The notes: a model not told the origin generated them from the sequence alone. Shown: positions 49,045 through 60,178, counted from the stretch's first letter. The stretch: DNA of 64,000 nt from an uncultured Halomonas sp. (GCF_947490095.1 NZ_CANLFS010000001.1:393598-457597), one strand, 5' to 3'. Program-made: numbers and translations.

Positions 49045-50381
49045 GGGGCTACCTCCCTGGAGCTCGCATCCGTATCAGTCTGACCCGATTGGACGGGGCC
49101 CGCCAGCCACTGCAATACCGCCCCTACCGTGAGGAAGGAGCCACACACCAGTACTCGATCCTCGGCGCCCAGCCGCGCGGCCAGCCAATCGGCCGCGGCG
49201 GCGGGCGATGCGGCGCGCTGCAGGACACGCTCACCCCGTCCGTCGAGGCGCTGGGCCAGATCGTCGGCGCCGCGCCCACGCTCGCCCTCGAGGCCCGCGG
49301 TCACCCAGCCATCCACCGCCGGCGCCAGCGCGGCGATCACGCCATCGGCATCCTTGTCACCCTGCATCGCCAGCAGCGCCAGGGTGCGACCCCGACAGGG
49401 CCGGTCCTGTAATCGGCCCGCCAGATAAGCGGCCGCATGGGGATTATGGCCAACGTCCAGGCACCACTGGCCCCGCCACTGCATGCGCCCGGGCAGCCGG
49501 ACACGGGCCAGCGCCCGACGGCAGGCGTCGGTATCGAGGGTCACACCGGAAAGGGACAGCGCCTGGAGCGCGGTGGCGGCGTTATCCAGCGGCAACCCCG
49601 GATCGGGGAGATCGCTGATGGCGGCGTCACCCCCGCTGGGGTCTGACCCCGCGACTCCCCGCCAGCCCCATCCTTGGGCCTCGCCCTCGCGGGCAAACGC
49701 CTCGCCCAGCGCATGGACGCGGGCGCCGAGGCTATCGGCGACCTCGCGGACACTCGCCGGCAGCGTTCGGCTGCCTAATACCGCGGGGCGGCCGGGACGC
49801 ATGATGCCGGCCTTCTCGCGGCCGATCTGCGCGAGGTCGGTGCCCAGAAAGGCGGCATGATCCTGGGCCACGGTGGTCACCACCGCCACATCGGGGTCGA
49901 TGATATTCACCGCATCGAGGCGCCCGCCGAGGCCGACCTCGAGAATGGCGAGATCACAGGAGTGACGGGAGATGGCCCAGAGCGCGGCCAGAGTGCCCAC
50001 CTCGAAATAGGTCAGGCTGATCGTCTCGCCGGCCTGGCGCGCGTGCTCCACCGCCCGGAAGCCGTCGATCAGCGTCGCGTCGTCGGCCTCCTCGCCGTCG
50101 AGGCGCAGCCGTTCGTTGTAACGCACCAGGTGGGGCGAGGTGTAGGCCGCCGTGGTCAGGCCATGAGCATGCGCCAGCGCCTCCAGCATGGCCACCGTGG
50201 AGCCCTTGCCGTTGGTGCCGGCCACGGTGATCACCCGCCCGGCCAGCGGCCGGGCGAACAGCGCCATGCGCCGGGCGACCTCGGCCACACGCGTCAGGCC
50301 AAGATCGATGCCCACGGGATGGGCGGCCTCGAGACGCGCCAGCCAGGCGTCCAGCGTGGTCGGCAGCGGCGACTCACTCAT
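49041..50381 (-). CDS. folC: Bifunctional folylpolyglutamate synthase / dihydrofolate synthase
   Basis: ORF 49041..50492 trimmed to ATG 50381, 7 nt after the accD stop. Mur-ligase P-loop VAGTNGKGST. Contains HLVRYNERL and AILEVGLGGRLDAVN. Confidence 0.9.
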   Translation of the reverse strand: MSESPLPTTLDAWLARLEAAHPVGIDLGLTRVAEVARRMALFARPLAGRVITVAGTNGKGSTVAMLEALAHAHGLTTAAYTSPHLVRYNERLRLDGEEADDATLIDGFRAVEHARQAGETISLTYFEVGTLAALWAISRHSCDLAILEVGLGGRLDAVNIIDPDVAVVTTVAQDHAAFLGTDLAQIGREKAGIMRPGRPAVLGSRTLPASVREVADSLGARVHALGEAFAREGEAQGWGWRGVAGSDPSGGDAAISDLPDPGLPLDNAATALQALSLSGVTLDTDACRRALARVRLPGRMQWRGQWCLDVGHNPHAAAYLAGRLQDRPCRGRTLALLAMQGDKDADGVIAALAPAVDGWVTAGLEGERGRGADDLAQRLDGRGERVLQRAASPAAAADWLAARLGAEDRVLVCGSFLTVGAVLQWLAGPVQSGQTDTDASSREVAP

Positions 50382-50388
50382 GGCGCGC

Positions 50389-51471
50389 TCAGCGCCGCTC
50401 GTCATCGGGGACGTCGTCGCCCGATGCGGCCTCGTCCTCGGCGCCGGCGTCTGGCATGGCGTCCGCGGGTTCGGCGACGGGTGATTCGGCAACGGATTGC
50501 TCGGCGGCGGTGGGCTCGGCCGTGGTGGGCTCGACGTCCGCCGGGGCCTCCGCCTGCTCCGCCGCCTCGACCAGATCAGGCACCGGGGCCACGGCCGGTT
50601 CGGCCACCCCGATGGCGGGCTGATGGGTCAGCTTGCGCAGCACGCGCCCCAGGCGGTCGCGGATGTCGCGACGGTGCACGATCATGTCCACGGTGCCGTG
50701 TTCGAGGAGGAACTCGCTGCGCTGGAAGCCTTCCGGCAGCTTCTCGCGCACCGTCTGCTCGATGACCCGGGGGCCGGCGAAACCGATCAGGGCATTGGGC
50801 TCGGCCACGTTGAGGTCGCCCAGCATGGCCAGGGAGGCCGAGACACCGCCGAAGACCGGGTCGGTCAACACCGAGATATAGGGCACGCCGGCTTCCTTGA
50901 GCTTCTCCAGCGCCGCCGAGGTCTTGGCCATCTGCATCAGCGAGAACAGCGCCTCCTGCATGCGTGCGCCACCCGACGCGGCGAAGCAGACCAGCGGAAG
51001 GTTTTCCTCGAGGGCCAGCGTCGCGGCGCGCACGAACTTCTCGCCGACCACCGCCCCCATGGAGCCCCCCATGAAGGAGAACTCGAAGGCCACGGTGACC
51101 ACCGGCAATCCATCCAGGGTGCCGCGCATGGCGATCAGGGCATCCTTCTCGCCGGTCGCCTTCTGGGCCGCCACCAGGCGATCCTTGTACTTCTTGGAGT
51201 CGCGGAACTTGAGGCGGTCGACGGGCTCGACCTCGGCGGCGATCTCTTCGCGCCCTTCCTTGTCGAGGAACCAGTCCAGCCGCTTGCGGGCGGTCAGCCG
51301 CAGGTGATGATCACACTTGGGGCAGACGCTGTGCTGCTTCTCGAGCTCGGGAAGGTAGAGCACCGACTCGCATTTGGGGCACTTGCGCCACAGGCCGTCG
51401 GGTACGGTTGCGCGGCGGTCGTGCCGCTGGATACGCCCGATGGAGGGCACGATCTTGTCTAGCCAGCTCAT
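50389..51471 (-). CDS. accD: Acetyl-CoA carboxylase carboxyltransferase beta subunit, with a ~75-aa acidic Ala/Pro/Glu-rich C-terminal tail
   Basis: ORF trimmed to ATG 51471 ([10 protein letters not shown]). Zinc ribbon CPKCESVLY...CPKCDHH. Carboxyltransferase core [12 protein letters not shown]. Tail is [49 protein letters not shown]... Confidence 0.93.
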   Translation of the reverse strand: MSWLDKIVPSIGRIQRHDRRATVPDGLWRKCPKCESVLYLPELEKQHSVCPKCDHHLRLTARKRLDWFLDKEGREEIAAEVEPVDRLKFRDSKKYKDRLVAAQKATGEKDALIAMRGTLDGLPVVTVAFEFSFMGGSMGAVVGEKFVRAATLALEENLPLVCFAASGGARMQEALFSLMQMAKTSAALEKLKEAGVPYISVLTDPVFGGVSASLAMLGDLNVAEPNALIGFAGPRVIEQTVREKLPEGFQRSEFLLEHGTVDMIVHRRDIRDRLGRVLRKLTHQPAIGVAEPAVAPVPDLVEAAEQAEAPADVEPTTAEPTAAEQSVAESPVAEPADAMPDAGAEDEAASGDDVPDDERR

Positions 51472-51542
51472 GTCAGAAAGGGTCCATGTTCGTGTCGGCG
51501 CCCGGCTCACCCGGACGCCTGGATCGATTCGTTTCGCGAGGC

Positions 51543-52355
51543 TCAGTCGCTCAAGGCGTCCAGGGCCTGACGCATCTCGCCCAGCACCGCCTTGAGCTCG
51601 CCGGGAATCGCCTCGGGCGTCTCGGTATTCGCGGCGATGCGACTGACCAGCGCCGAGCCGACGATGACCCCGTCGGCCACCTTGCCCACCTCGGCGGCGG
51701 AGGCGCCATCACGGATGCCGAAGCCCACGCACAGCGGCAGGTCGGTCATGCCCCGCAGGGGCGCCAGATGCGCGGCTATATCCGCCGCATCCAGGGTAGC
51801 GGTCCCGGTGACGCCCTTCAGGGAGACGTAGTAGAGATACCCCTGGCCATGGGCGCATATTGTAGCGGCCCGCTCCTCGGTAGTGGTAGGTGCCACCAGG
51901 AAGATGGAGGCGAGCCCACGGGACTCGAGCAGCGGGCCGAGCTCCTCGGCCTCTTCCGGGGGCATGTCCACGGCCAGCACACCATCGATGCCGGCCGCCG
52001 CGGCCTGCTCGGCGAAGGCCTCGAGCCCGATACGCTCCATGGGATTCAAATAGCCCATCAGCACCACCGGCGTGTCGGTGTTGGTCTGGCGAAACTCGCG
52101 CACCATCTCGAACAGGTGCGAGAGACGCACCCCGTGCTTGAGCGCCCGCTCACAGGCCTTCTGAATCACCGGGCCGTCGGCCATGGGGTCGGAGAACGGC
52201 ACCCCCAGCTCGAGGACATCGGCCCCCGCCTCCACCAGGGCGTGCATGAAGCCCACGGTGTACTCGGGCGCCGGGTCGCCGGCGGTGATAAAGGGAATCA
52301 GCGCACGGCGACCCTGGGACTTGAGATTAGCGAAGCATTGGTCGATACGATTCAT
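51543..52355 (-). CDS. trpA: Tryptophan synthase alpha chain
   Basis: [28 protein letters not shown] and [17 protein letters not shown]. Start taken as ATG 52355 by analogy with the N-terminal length of homologues; an alternative ATG at 52370 abuts the trpB stop. Confidence 0.9.
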   Translation of the reverse strand: MNRIDQCFANLKSQGRRALIPFITAGDPAPEYTVGFMHALVEAGADVLELGVPFSDPMADGPVIQKACERALKHGVRLSHLFEMVREFRQTNTDTPVVLMGYLNPMERIGLEAFAEQAAAAGIDGVLAVDMPPEEAEELGPLLESRGLASIFLVAPTTTEERAATICAHGQGYLYYVSLKGVTGTATLDAADIAAHLAPLRGMTDLPLCVGFGIRDGASAAEVGKVADGVIVGSALVSRIAANTETPEAIPGELKAVLGEMRQALDALSD

Positions 52356-52370
52356 GGTCTGGCCCGTCAT

Positions 52371-53609
52371 CTAGAATTCGATCCCGTCGAGGTTTGCCAC
52401 CGTCATGATGTCCTTGTCGCCGCGCCCGGAGAGGTTGACGATGATGTTCTGGTCGGGACGCAGGGTGGGTGCCAACTCCTTGGCGTAGGCCAGGGCGTGG
52501 GCCGACTCCAGGGCCGGCATGATGCCCTCGACGCGGGTCAGCTCGCGGAATGCCTCGAGCACCTCGGTGTCGTTGGCGGCCACATAGTTGACGCGACCGA
52601 GGTCCTTCCAGAGGGCATGCTCGGGGCCGACCCCGGGATAGTCGAGGCCCGCCGAGATGGAGTGGGTATCGGACACCTGGCCGCCCTCATCGGACATCAG
52701 GTAGGTGCGATTGCCGTGGAGCACGCCGCGCGGCGCCCCCGAGGAGAGCGGTGCCGCATGGCGACCGGTCTCGACGCCGTCGCCGCCGGCCTCGACACCG
52801 TACATGGTCACCGCGTCGTCCTCCACGAAGGGATAGAAGAGTCCCATGGCATTGGACCCCCCGCCCACGCAGGCCACCAGCGCGTCGGGCAGGGCCCCGA
52901 ACTCCTCGAGAGACTGCCGGCGGGCCTCGCGACCCACCACGGCGTTGAAGTCGCGCACCAGCATCGGATAGGGATGCGGGCCGGCCACGGTACCGATGAT
53001 ATAGAAGGTGTTGTCGACGTTGGTGACCCAGTCGCGCAGCGCCTCGTTCATGGCGTCCTTGAGGGTGCGGGTACCGGACTCCACCGGGATGACGTTGGCC
53101 CCCAGCAGGCGCATGCGATAGACGTTGAGCTTCTGGCGCTGCACGTCCTCGGCGCCCATGTAGACATCACACTCGAGCCCCAGGCGCGCCGCCACGGTGG
53201 CGGTCGCCACGCCGTGCTGGCCGGCCCCGGTCTCGGCGATGACTCGCGGCTTGCCGCTCTTCTTCGCCAGCAGCGCCTGGCCGATGGTGTTGTTCACCTT
53301 GTGGGCGCCGGTATGGTTGAGGTCTTCGCGCTTGAGCCAGATCTGTGCCCCGCCGAGCCGCTTCGACCACCGCTCGGCATGGTAGAGCGGTGAAGGCCGA
53401 CCCACATAGTGGGCCAGGTCATAGTCGAATTCCGCCTGGAAATCCGGATCATCGCGAAGACTCAGGTAGGTCTTCTCCAGCTCGTCCAGGGCGAAGCTCA
53501 GGGTCTCCGAGACGAACCGGCCGCCATAGGGGCCGAAGTGGCCGCGGGTATCCGGCAGTCGGGTCAGGTCACTGAACTTGCTCACGAAAGACACCTCACA
53601 GGTCGCCAT
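52371..53609 (-). CDS. trpB: Tryptophan synthase beta chain
   Basis: [31 protein letters not shown] (PLP lysine) and GGGSNAMG. Confidence 0.95.
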   Translation of the reverse strand: MATCEVSFVSKFSDLTRLPDTRGHFGPYGGRFVSETLSFALDELEKTYLSLRDDPDFQAEFDYDLAHYVGRPSPLYHAERWSKRLGGAQIWLKREDLNHTGAHKVNNTIGQALLAKKSGKPRVIAETGAGQHGVATATVAARLGLECDVYMGAEDVQRQKLNVYRMRLLGANVIPVESGTRTLKDAMNEALRDWVTNVDNTFYIIGTVAGPHPYPMLVRDFNAVVGREARRQSLEEFGALPDALVACVGGGSNAMGLFYPFVEDDAVTMYGVEAGGDGVETGRHAAPLSSGAPRGVLHGNRTYLMSDEGGQVSDTHSISAGLDYPGVGPEHALWKDLGRVNYVAANDTEVLEAFRELTRVEGIMPALESAHALAYAKELAPTLRPDQNIIVNLSGRGDKDIMTVANLDGIEF

Positions 53610-53678
53610 TGGGCTTTGGGTTACAGGGGCTTGGGTTATACAGAGACATGGCCATCGACAGCGCGGGAAACACGAGGT

Positions 53679-54308
53679 TCAGGCGCGGCCGTCGCCGTCA
53701 TTTACCGCGGCCATGAAGGCCGCCATGCGCGGAACATCCTTGATGCCCGGCGCGGCCTCGATACCGCCGGAAACGTCCAGCGCGAAGGGCGCGACCGCCG
53801 TGATGGCCGCGGCCGCATTGGCCGCGCTCAGGCCTCCGGCGAGGATAACAGGTTTTTTCAGGCTTGCGGGGATCCGCGACCAGTCGAAGGTCTCGCCGGT
53901 GCCTCCCGGCACGCCCGGCCGATAGGCATCCAGCAACAGCGCCTGCGCCCCCTGGTAGGCATCGGCGGCGGCGGTGAGATCGAGGCCATCGCGCATGCGC
54001 AGCGCCTTGATCCAGGGGCCCGGCCCGGCGGCACAGGTCGCGGGGGACTCGTTACCGTGGTACTGCAACAGGTCGAGATGAGGGGCACAACGGGCCACCC
54101 ACGCCGGCTCGGCATCGACGAACAGCCCCACACGCGTGACGAAGGCCGGCACCCGGGCGGCGAGCTCAGCCAGACGCGCCTCACCCACGGCGCGCTTGCT
54201 GCCGGGCCAGAGCACGAAGCCCAGCGCATCGACTCCCGCCGCCACGGCGGCGTCCACATCCGCCGGGCGGGTCAGGCCGCAGAACTTCACTCGGGTCCGG
54301 CGCCTCAT
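53679..54308 (-). CDS. trpF: Phosphoribosylanthranilate isomerase
   Basis: ORF 53679..54707 trimmed to ATG 54308 (GGGAGG upstream; ATGA overlap with the truA stop). VKFCGLTRPADVDAAVAAGVDALGFV and ILAGGLSAANA. Confidence 0.9.
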   Translation of the reverse strand: MRRRTRVKFCGLTRPADVDAAVAAGVDALGFVLWPGSKRAVGEARLAELAARVPAFVTRVGLFVDAEPAWVARCAPHLDLLQYHGNESPATCAAGPGPWIKALRMRDGLDLTAAADAYQGAQALLLDAYRPGVPGGTGETFDWSRIPASLKKPVILAGGLSAANAAAAITAVAPFALDVSGGIEAAPGIKDVPRMAAFMAAVNDGDGRA

Positions 54309-55225
54309 ATGACCTCCCGGTCGACGACCCCGGGTTGACCCCGGCGAGACGCCACCATGGGGCAGTCCGGCAACGCTCGCTCGCCGCTCCACTCCCCCAG
54401 AAACGCCAGGAGGTTGGGGCCCAGCGGTTCCCGGGGCAGGCCCCACCGCTCGTCGTAGAGCGAGTCCACGAAGTGCAGACCGCTGGCCGGCGCGGTGACA
54501 TCGGCCAGGGAGCGATCCTTGAGGGCCATCAGCTCGGCCAGGTAATCGTCGCCCCGCTCGCCGCGCCCCACCGTGATCAGGGCACCGGCGATATTGCGGA
54601 TCATATGATGCAGGAAGGCATTGCCCTGAACATCGATGACCACCAGCGGGCCGTGGCGATGGACTTCGATGAAGTGCAGGTGGCGCCAGGGCGTCTTCGA
54701 CTGACAACCGGCGGCACGGAAGCTGGAGAAGTCATGCTCGCCCACCAGGGCCTGGGCGGCGCGATGCATGGCATCGGCATCCAGGGAGTCACGGCACCAG
54801 GTCACGTTGGCACGTTCCAGCACCGGCCGACTCGGCTGATTGAGTATCACATAGCGATAGCGACGCGCCAGGGCCTTGAAGCGCGAATGAAACTCGTCGG
54901 GCACCTCGGTGACCCAGCGCACGGCGACATCGCGGGGCAGGTTGGCATTGGCGCCGAACACCCAGGCCTTCTGGGATCGCGGCACCGGCGCATCGAAATG
55001 AATGATCTGACGCGTGGCATGCACGCCCGAATCGGTACGCCCGCTGGCGTGGATCGTCACCTTCCGGTTCGCCACCTTCGACAGCGCGTCCTCCAGCGAG
55101 GCCTGGACCGAGGCGGAGTGCTTGAGTCGCTGCCAGCCGCAATAGGCGCTGCCGTCATACTCCACGCCCATGGCCAGGCGGCCGGTCATGGGGGTGCGTT
55201 CATCGAGGCGTTGAAAGAGGGTCAT
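54305..55225 (-). CDS. truA: tRNA pseudouridine(38-40) synthase
   Basis: LAMGVEYDGSAYCGWQRL and ASGRTDSGVHATRQIIHFD (catalytic Asp motif). The start is ambiguous: 55273 GTG, or ATG at 55240, 55225 or 55189. I chose 55225 by the N-terminal length of homologues. Confidence 0.85.
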   Translation of the reverse strand: MTLFQRLDERTPMTGRLAMGVEYDGSAYCGWQRLKHSASVQASLEDALSKVANRKVTIHASGRTDSGVHATRQIIHFDAPVPRSQKAWVFGANANLPRDVAVRWVTEVPDEFHSRFKALARRYRYVILNQPSRPVLERANVTWCRDSLDADAMHRAAQALVGEHDFSSFRAAGCQSKTPWRHLHFIEVHRHGPLVVIDVQGNAFLHHMIRNIAGALITVGRGERGDDYLAELMALKDRSLADVTAPASGLHFVDSLYDERWGLPREPLGPNLLAFLGEWSGERALPDCPMVASRRGQPGVVDREVI

Positions 55226-55334
55226 GCGGTAATCGGGCATCCAGTCGTCTGAGTCGCGCCAGGGCCTCGTCACGAGTCGCCGGCGCTGACGGAAAGTCGT
55301 CCATTATCCGCATGATGAGGCGGGAAGGAAACCC

Positions 55335-55370
55335 TAAAAAAGTGGGGCGCCTCCTTCGAGGCGCCCCACT
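55335..55370 (-). terminator. Rho-independent terminator after asd
   Basis: AGTGGGGCGCC (55341..55351) pairs with GGCGCCCCACT (55360..55370). The minus-strand transcript continues with TTTTTTAGGG. Confidence 0.85.
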
Positions 55371-55399
55371 TGCCAGCCGCTATCGATACCGCGACGCGA

Positions 55400-56512
55400 T
55401 CACTGCTGCTTGAGGATCATCAGCATCCGCTTGAGCGGCTCGGCGGCCCCCCACAGCAGCTGGTCACCCACGCTGAAGGCGGAGAGGTATTCGCCCCCCA
55501 TGGCCAGCTTGCGCAGGCGCCCCACCGGCACACCCAGGGTGCCGGTCACGGCCGAGGGCGTCAGGTCACGAATGGTCGCATCCTTCTCGTTGGGCACGAC
55601 CTTGGCCCAGTCGTTGTGCTTGGCGAGACGGTCCTCGATCTCGTCCAGGGGCACGTCCTTCTTCAGCTTGATGGTGAAGGCCTGGCTGTGGGAGCGCATG
55701 GCGCCGATACGCACGCAGAGGCCGTCGATGGGAATGGGGTTATCCTGGAGCCCGAGGATCTTGTTGGTCTCCACGGAGCCCTTCCACTCCTCGCGGCTCT
55801 GGCCGTTATCGAGCTTGCTGTCGATCCACGGCAGCAGGCTGCCGGCCAGTGGCGCACCGAAGTTATCGGTGGGGAAATCCCCGGAACGCATCGCCGCGGT
55901 CACCTGGCGATCGATATCGAGGATGGCACTGGCCGGGTCGGCCAGCTCACCGGACACGCTATCGCGCAGGCCGCCCATCTGGTTGAGCAGCTCACGCATG
56001 TGCTTGGCACCGGAGCCGGAAGCCGCCTGATAGGTCATGGAGGTCATCCACTCGATCAGGTCGGCCTCGAACAGGCCTCCCAGCCCCATCAGCATCAGGC
56101 TGACGGTGCAGTTGCCGCCGACGAAGGTCTTGGCACCCTTGGCCAGCTGGGCATCGATGACGCGGCGATTGACCGGGTCCAGCACGATGGTGGCATCATC
56201 CGCCATGCGCAGGGTGCTGGCGGCATCGACCCAGTACCCCTTCCAGCCGCCCTGACGCAGGTCGGCATAGACCTTCTGGGTGTAGTCGCCGCCCTGGCAG
56301 GTGATCACCACATCCAGCGCCTTGAGCGCGTCGAGGTCGAAGGCATCCTTGAGCGGCGGCACATCCACGCCCACATCCGGGCCGGCCTGGCCGACCTGGG
56401 AGGTGGTGAAGAAGACCGGCTCGATATCCTTGAAATCACCGTCCTCGACCATGCGCTGCATCAGCACCGAGCCCACCATGCCGCGCCAACCGACGAAACC
56501 GACTTTCAACAT
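55400..56512 (-). CDS. asd: Aspartate-semialdehyde dehydrogenase
   Basis: [38 protein letters not shown] (active-site Cys) and [14 protein letters not shown]. Confidence 0.95.
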   Translation of the reverse strand: MLKVGFVGWRGMVGSVLMQRMVEDGDFKDIEPVFFTTSQVGQAGPDVGVDVPPLKDAFDLDALKALDVVITCQGGDYTQKVYADLRQGGWKGYWVDAASTLRMADDATIVLDPVNRRVIDAQLAKGAKTFVGGNCTVSLMLMGLGGLFEADLIEWMTSMTYQAASGSGAKHMRELLNQMGGLRDSVSGELADPASAILDIDRQVTAAMRSGDFPTDNFGAPLAGSLLPWIDSKLDNGQSREEWKGSVETNKILGLQDNPIPIDGLCVRIGAMRSHSQAFTIKLKKDVPLDEIEDRLAKHNDWAKVVPNEKDATIRDLTPSAVTGTLGVPVGRLRKLAMGGEYLSAFSVGDQLLWGAAEPLKRMLMILKQQ

Positions 56513-56695
56513 GTTGAAGTCCTCCAGAAATCGAATGTGGGGAATATTATACAGAAAGCGGACCCACCTCGCAGGCGGGCCCGGGTATGGCTCAGGGCGA
56601 CCAGTCGGCCACCGTAAGGAGGGGCGCTGGGGCTTATTGCCAGATCAGCCCCGGGCGGCCAGCTCTGGATGGCTCGGGGCAACAGCTAGCGGCCG

Positions 56696-57775
56696 TCAGA
56701 GCGCCTCGAAGGCGGCCAGCACGGCGTCACCCATCTCGCTGGTGGAGACGGTACGCGTGCCGTCGGAGGCGATATCCGCGGTCCGCAGGCCATCATCCAG
56801 CACCTTGCCCACGGCGGCCTCGATGCGCTCGGCCAGGGCCGGCTCGTCCAGGGAGTAGCGCAGCATCATGGCCACCGAGAGGATGGTCGCCAGGGGGTTG
56901 GCGACATTCTGGCCGGCGATGTCCGGGGCACTGCCGTGGCAGGGTTCGTACATGCCCTGGCCGGACTCGTTGAGCGAGGCGGAGGGCAGCATGCCGATGG
57001 AGCCGGTCAGCATGGCGGCGGCGTCGGAAAGGATATCCCCGAACATGTTGCCGGTGACCACCACGTCGAACTGCTTGGGCGCGCGCACCAGCTGCATGGC
57101 GGCATTATCGACATACATATGGGAGAGCTCGACGTCCGGATACTCCGGCGCCAGCCGCTCCATGACCTCGCGCCAGAGGATGGTGACCTCGAGCACGTTG
57201 GCCTTGTCCACGGAACAGAGTGTCTTGTTGCGCTTCTGGGCCATCTCGAAGGCCACTCGCCCGATGCGCTCGATCTCGCTCTCGGAATAGACATAGGTGT
57301 TGAAACCCACGCGCTGCCCGTCGCGCTCCTCGATCCCGCGGGGCTGGCCGAAGTAGATGCCGCCGGTCAGTTCGCGCACGATCATGATGTCCAGGCCGGC
57401 GACCAGCTCAGGCTTCAGGCTCGACGCCTCGGCCAGCTGAGGATAGGTCATCGCCGGGCGCAGGTTGCCGAACAGGCCCAACTGCTTGCGCACGCCGAGC
57501 AGGCCCTTCTCGGGGCGCTTGGCGAGGTCCTCGATCTTGTCCCACCGAGGGCCACCGACGGCGCCGAGCAGGATGCCCCGGGCGGCCTTGGCCTTCTCCA
57601 GGGTCTCGGCGGGCAGCGGCTCGCCGTGGACATCATAGGCGCTGCCACCCAGCAGCCCTTCCTCGACCTCCACGTCCAGGCCCCGAGCCTGACAGGCCGC
57701 CAGGACACGACTCGCCTGGGCGGTGATCTCGGGGCCGATACCATCGCCGGGCAATACCAGAATCTTCTGCGTCAT
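56696..57775 (-). CDS. leuB: 3-isopropylmalate dehydrogenase
   Basis: [28 protein letters not shown] and NMFGDILSD are hallmark motifs of isocitrate/isopropylmalate dehydrogenases and fit LeuB. Confidence 0.96.
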   Translation of the reverse strand: MTQKILVLPGDGIGPEITAQASRVLAACQARGLDVEVEEGLLGGSAYDVHGEPLPAETLEKAKAARGILLGAVGGPRWDKIEDLAKRPEKGLLGVRKQLGLFGNLRPAMTYPQLAEASSLKPELVAGLDIMIVRELTGGIYFGQPRGIEERDGQRVGFNTYVYSESEIERIGRVAFEMAQKRNKTLCSVDKANVLEVTILWREVMERLAPEYPDVELSHMYVDNAAMQLVRAPKQFDVVVTGNMFGDILSDAAAMLTGSIGMLPSASLNESGQGMYEPCHGSAPDIAGQNVANPLATILSVAMMLRYSLDEPALAERIEAAVGKVLDDGLRTADIASDGTRTVSTSEMGDAVLAAFEAL

Positions 57776-57812
57776 CTTCTCGTCAATCCTTGTTTAAAGC
57801 CGTAAGCCTCTT

Positions 57813-57942
57813 GGGGTCAGACCCCATGGCCCTCTTAGCCTCTTGGGGTCAGACCCCAACCATGACACCACCGGGGGTCTGACCCCTTAGCCTATTTGGG
57901 GTCTGACCCCAACCATGCCAAACACCGCCGGGGTCTGACCCC
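57813..57942. repeat. REP-like cluster: five copies of the 13-bp palindrome GGGGTC[A/T]GACCCC in the leuD-leuB spacer
   Basis: Copies at 57813..57825 and 57845..57857 (centre A) and at 57874..57886, 57898..57910 and 57930..57942 (centre T). They sit within a duplicated ~52-56-bp unit (57835..57886 vs 57887..57942). Confidence 0.9.
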
Positions 57943-57976
57943 TAAGGCCAACTCCTAAGGCCCCAGATCCACATCT

Positions 57977-58630
57977 TCAGGCCTCGGCGGGGTCGCGGAA
58001 CAGCCACGGACGCGCTTCACGATGCTTCGCCTCAAAGGCGCGAATGGCATCCTCGTCCTTCAGGGTGATGCCGATATCATCCAGGCCTTCGAGCAGGCAG
58101 TGCTTGCGAAAGGCGTCCACCTCGAACTCGATGACCTCGCCCGAGGGCGTGGTGATGCGCTGGCTCGCCAGGTCCACGTCCAGGGCATAGCCTTCACTGG
58201 CACCGACCTCCTGAAACAGGCGCTCCACCGTCTCCTCGGGCAGGGTCACCAGCAGCAGGCCGTTCTTGAAGGCGTTGTTGTAGAAGATATCGGCGAAGCT
58301 CGGGGCGATCACCACCCGAAAGCCGAAGTCTTCCAGCGCCCAGGGGGCGTGCTCCCGGGAGCTGCCACAGCCGAAGTTGCGCCGCGCCAGCAGCACGCTG
58401 GCGCCTTGATAACGCGGTTGATTCAGCACGAAGTCGGGATTCAGCGGACGCTGGGAGCAGTCCTGGCCGGGATAACCCTCGTCGAGATAGCGCAGCTCGT
58501 CGAACAGGTTGACGCCGAACCCGGTGCGCTTGATCGACTTCAGAAACTGCTTGGGAATGATCAGGTCGGTATCGACGTTGGCCCGATCGAGGGGCGCGAC
58601 GATGCCGGTGGTGCGTTCGAACTTGTTCAT
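57977..58630 (-). CDS. leuD: 3-isopropylmalate dehydratase small subunit
   Basis: [31 protein letters not shown] and [15 protein letters not shown]. Confidence 0.95.
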   Translation of the reverse strand: MNKFERTTGIVAPLDRANVDTDLIIPKQFLKSIKRTGFGVNLFDELRYLDEGYPGQDCSQRPLNPDFVLNQPRYQGASVLLARRNFGCGSSREHAPWALEDFGFRVVIAPSFADIFYNNAFKNGLLLVTLPEETVERLFQEVGASEGYALDVDLASQRITTPSGEVIEFEVDAFRKHCLLEGLDDIGITLKDEDAIRAFEAKHREARPWLFRDPAEA

Positions 58631-58633
58631 GAT

Positions 58634-60097
58634 TCAGGCCTCCTGCGCCCGGGCGTCGTCGTTGGCGGCGCCACCGTTGTCGATTCCACGGACATCCACG
58701 AAGTGACCGGCGATGGCGGCGGCGGCGGCCATGGCCGGGCTCACCAGATGGGTACGCCCGCCGTAGCCCTGGCGTCCCTCGAAGTTGCGGTTGGAGGTGG
58801 AGGCGCAATGCTCGCCGGCACCCAGCTTGTCGGCATTCATCGCCAGGCACATGGAGCAGCCCGGCTCGCGCCATTCGAAGCCCGCCTCGATGAAGACCCT
58901 GTCGAGCCCTTCCACCTCGGCCTGGCGCTTCACCAGACCGGAGCCCGGTACCACCATGGCCAGCTTGATGGAGTCGGCGACCTTCTTGCCGCGGGCCACG
59001 TTCGCTGCCTCGCGCAGGTCCTCGATGCGCGAGTTGGTACAGGAGCCGATAAACACCTTGTCGAGCCGGATATCGGTGATCTTCTGACGCGGCGCGAGCC
59101 CCATGTACTCCAGCGCACGGGTATAGCCGCTGCGCAAGGTGTCGTCGTCCTGCTTCGCCGGGTCGGGCACCTCGCCGGAGATGCCGGTGACCATCTCGGG
59201 GCTGGTGCCCCAGCTGACCTGGGGCTCGATCTCGGCGGCCTCCAGGGTCACCACCTTGTCGAACTCGGCATCCGGGTCCGAGACGAGGTCGCGCCAGTCG
59301 GCGACTGCGGCCTCCCACTGCTCGCTCGTCGGGGCGTAGTGGCGCTCGCGCAGGTAGTCGATGGTGGTGTCGTCGACGGCGATCAGGCCGACTCGGGCAC
59401 CGGCCTCGATGGCCATGTTGCACACCGTCATGCGCCCCTCCATGGAGAGACCCTCGATGGCGCTGCCGGCAAACTCGATGGCATAGCCGGTGCCGCCGGC
59501 GGTGCCGATGCGACCGATGATGGCCAGCACCACATCCTTGGCGGTGATGCCGACGCCGAGCTCACCCTCGACGCGCACCTGCATGTTCTTCATCTTCTGG
59601 GCCAACAGGCACTGGGTGGCGAGCACGTGCTCGACCTCGGAGGTGCCGATACCGTGGGCCAGGGCGCCGAAGGCGCCGTGGGTGGCGGTATGGGAATCAC
59701 CGCAGACCACGGTCATGCCCGGCAGGGTGGCGCCCTGCTCCGGCCCCACCACGTGGACGATGCCCTGGCGGGGGTCGTTGATCTTGAACTCCTCGATGCC
59801 GAACTCGCCGCAGTTGTCATCGAGGGTCTGCACCTGAATCAGCGACACCGGGTCCTTGATGCCGGCATTGCCCTCGGCGCGTTCCTTGAGGGTGGTCGGC
59901 ACGTTGTGATCCGGCGTCGCCAGGTTGGCATCGATGCGCCACGGCCGACGGTTTGCCAGTCGCAGGCCCTCGAAGGCCTGGGGCGAGGTCACCTCGTGGA
60001 GCAGCTGACGGTCGATGTAGATCAATGCGGTGCCGTCGTCGCGCTCCTTGACGAGGTGCTGCGACCACAGCTTGTCGTAGAGTGTCTGGCCTGCCAT
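58634..60097 (-). CDS. leuC: 3-isopropylmalate dehydratase large subunit
   Basis: ORF 58634..60313 trimmed to ATG 60097 (GGGAGAA upstream). [44 protein letters not shown] and CSMCLAMN (aconitase-family cluster ligands). Confidence 0.94.
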   Translation of the reverse strand: MAGQTLYDKLWSQHLVKERDDGTALIYIDRQLLHEVTSPQAFEGLRLANRRPWRIDANLATPDHNVPTTLKERAEGNAGIKDPVSLIQVQTLDDNCGEFGIEEFKINDPRQGIVHVVGPEQGATLPGMTVVCGDSHTATHGAFGALAHGIGTSEVEHVLATQCLLAQKMKNMQVRVEGELGVGITAKDVVLAIIGRIGTAGGTGYAIEFAGSAIEGLSMEGRMTVCNMAIEAGARVGLIAVDDTTIDYLRERHYAPTSEQWEAAVADWRDLVSDPDAEFDKVVTLEAAEIEPQVSWGTSPEMVTGISGEVPDPAKQDDDTLRSGYTRALEYMGLAPRQKITDIRLDKVFIGSCTNSRIEDLREAANVARGKKVADSIKLAMVVPGSGLVKRQAEVEGLDRVFIEAGFEWREPGCSMCLAMNADKLGAGEHCASTSNRNFEGRQGYGGRTHLVSPAMAAAAAIAGHFVDVRGIDNGGAANDDARAQEA

Positions 60098-60178
60098 ATC
60101 GTTTCTCCCGGGCCTGGGGCCCTGCTTATCATGTTCGGTCTTGAAACTGCGCCACCAACGCGGCTTTCTGAGCCAATA

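Noticed and set aside
49638-49650. A sixth exact copy of GGGGTCTGACCCC inside the folC coding region (encoding ...GSDPSG...); considered as a REP insertion into a gene.
   Set aside because: The flanks do not resemble those of the leuD-leuB units and the reading frame is intact. A single GC-rich 13-mer could be coincidence. I keep it only as a note for a genome-wide motif count.
57803-57950. Possible CRISPR array, because of regularly recurring palindromic repeats.
   Set aside because: The repeat is only 13 bp. Spacers are 11-19 bp and are themselves part of a duplicated unit. Copies occur in both orientations. There are no cas genes or leader in the window. This fits REP/BIME-like elements, not CRISPR.
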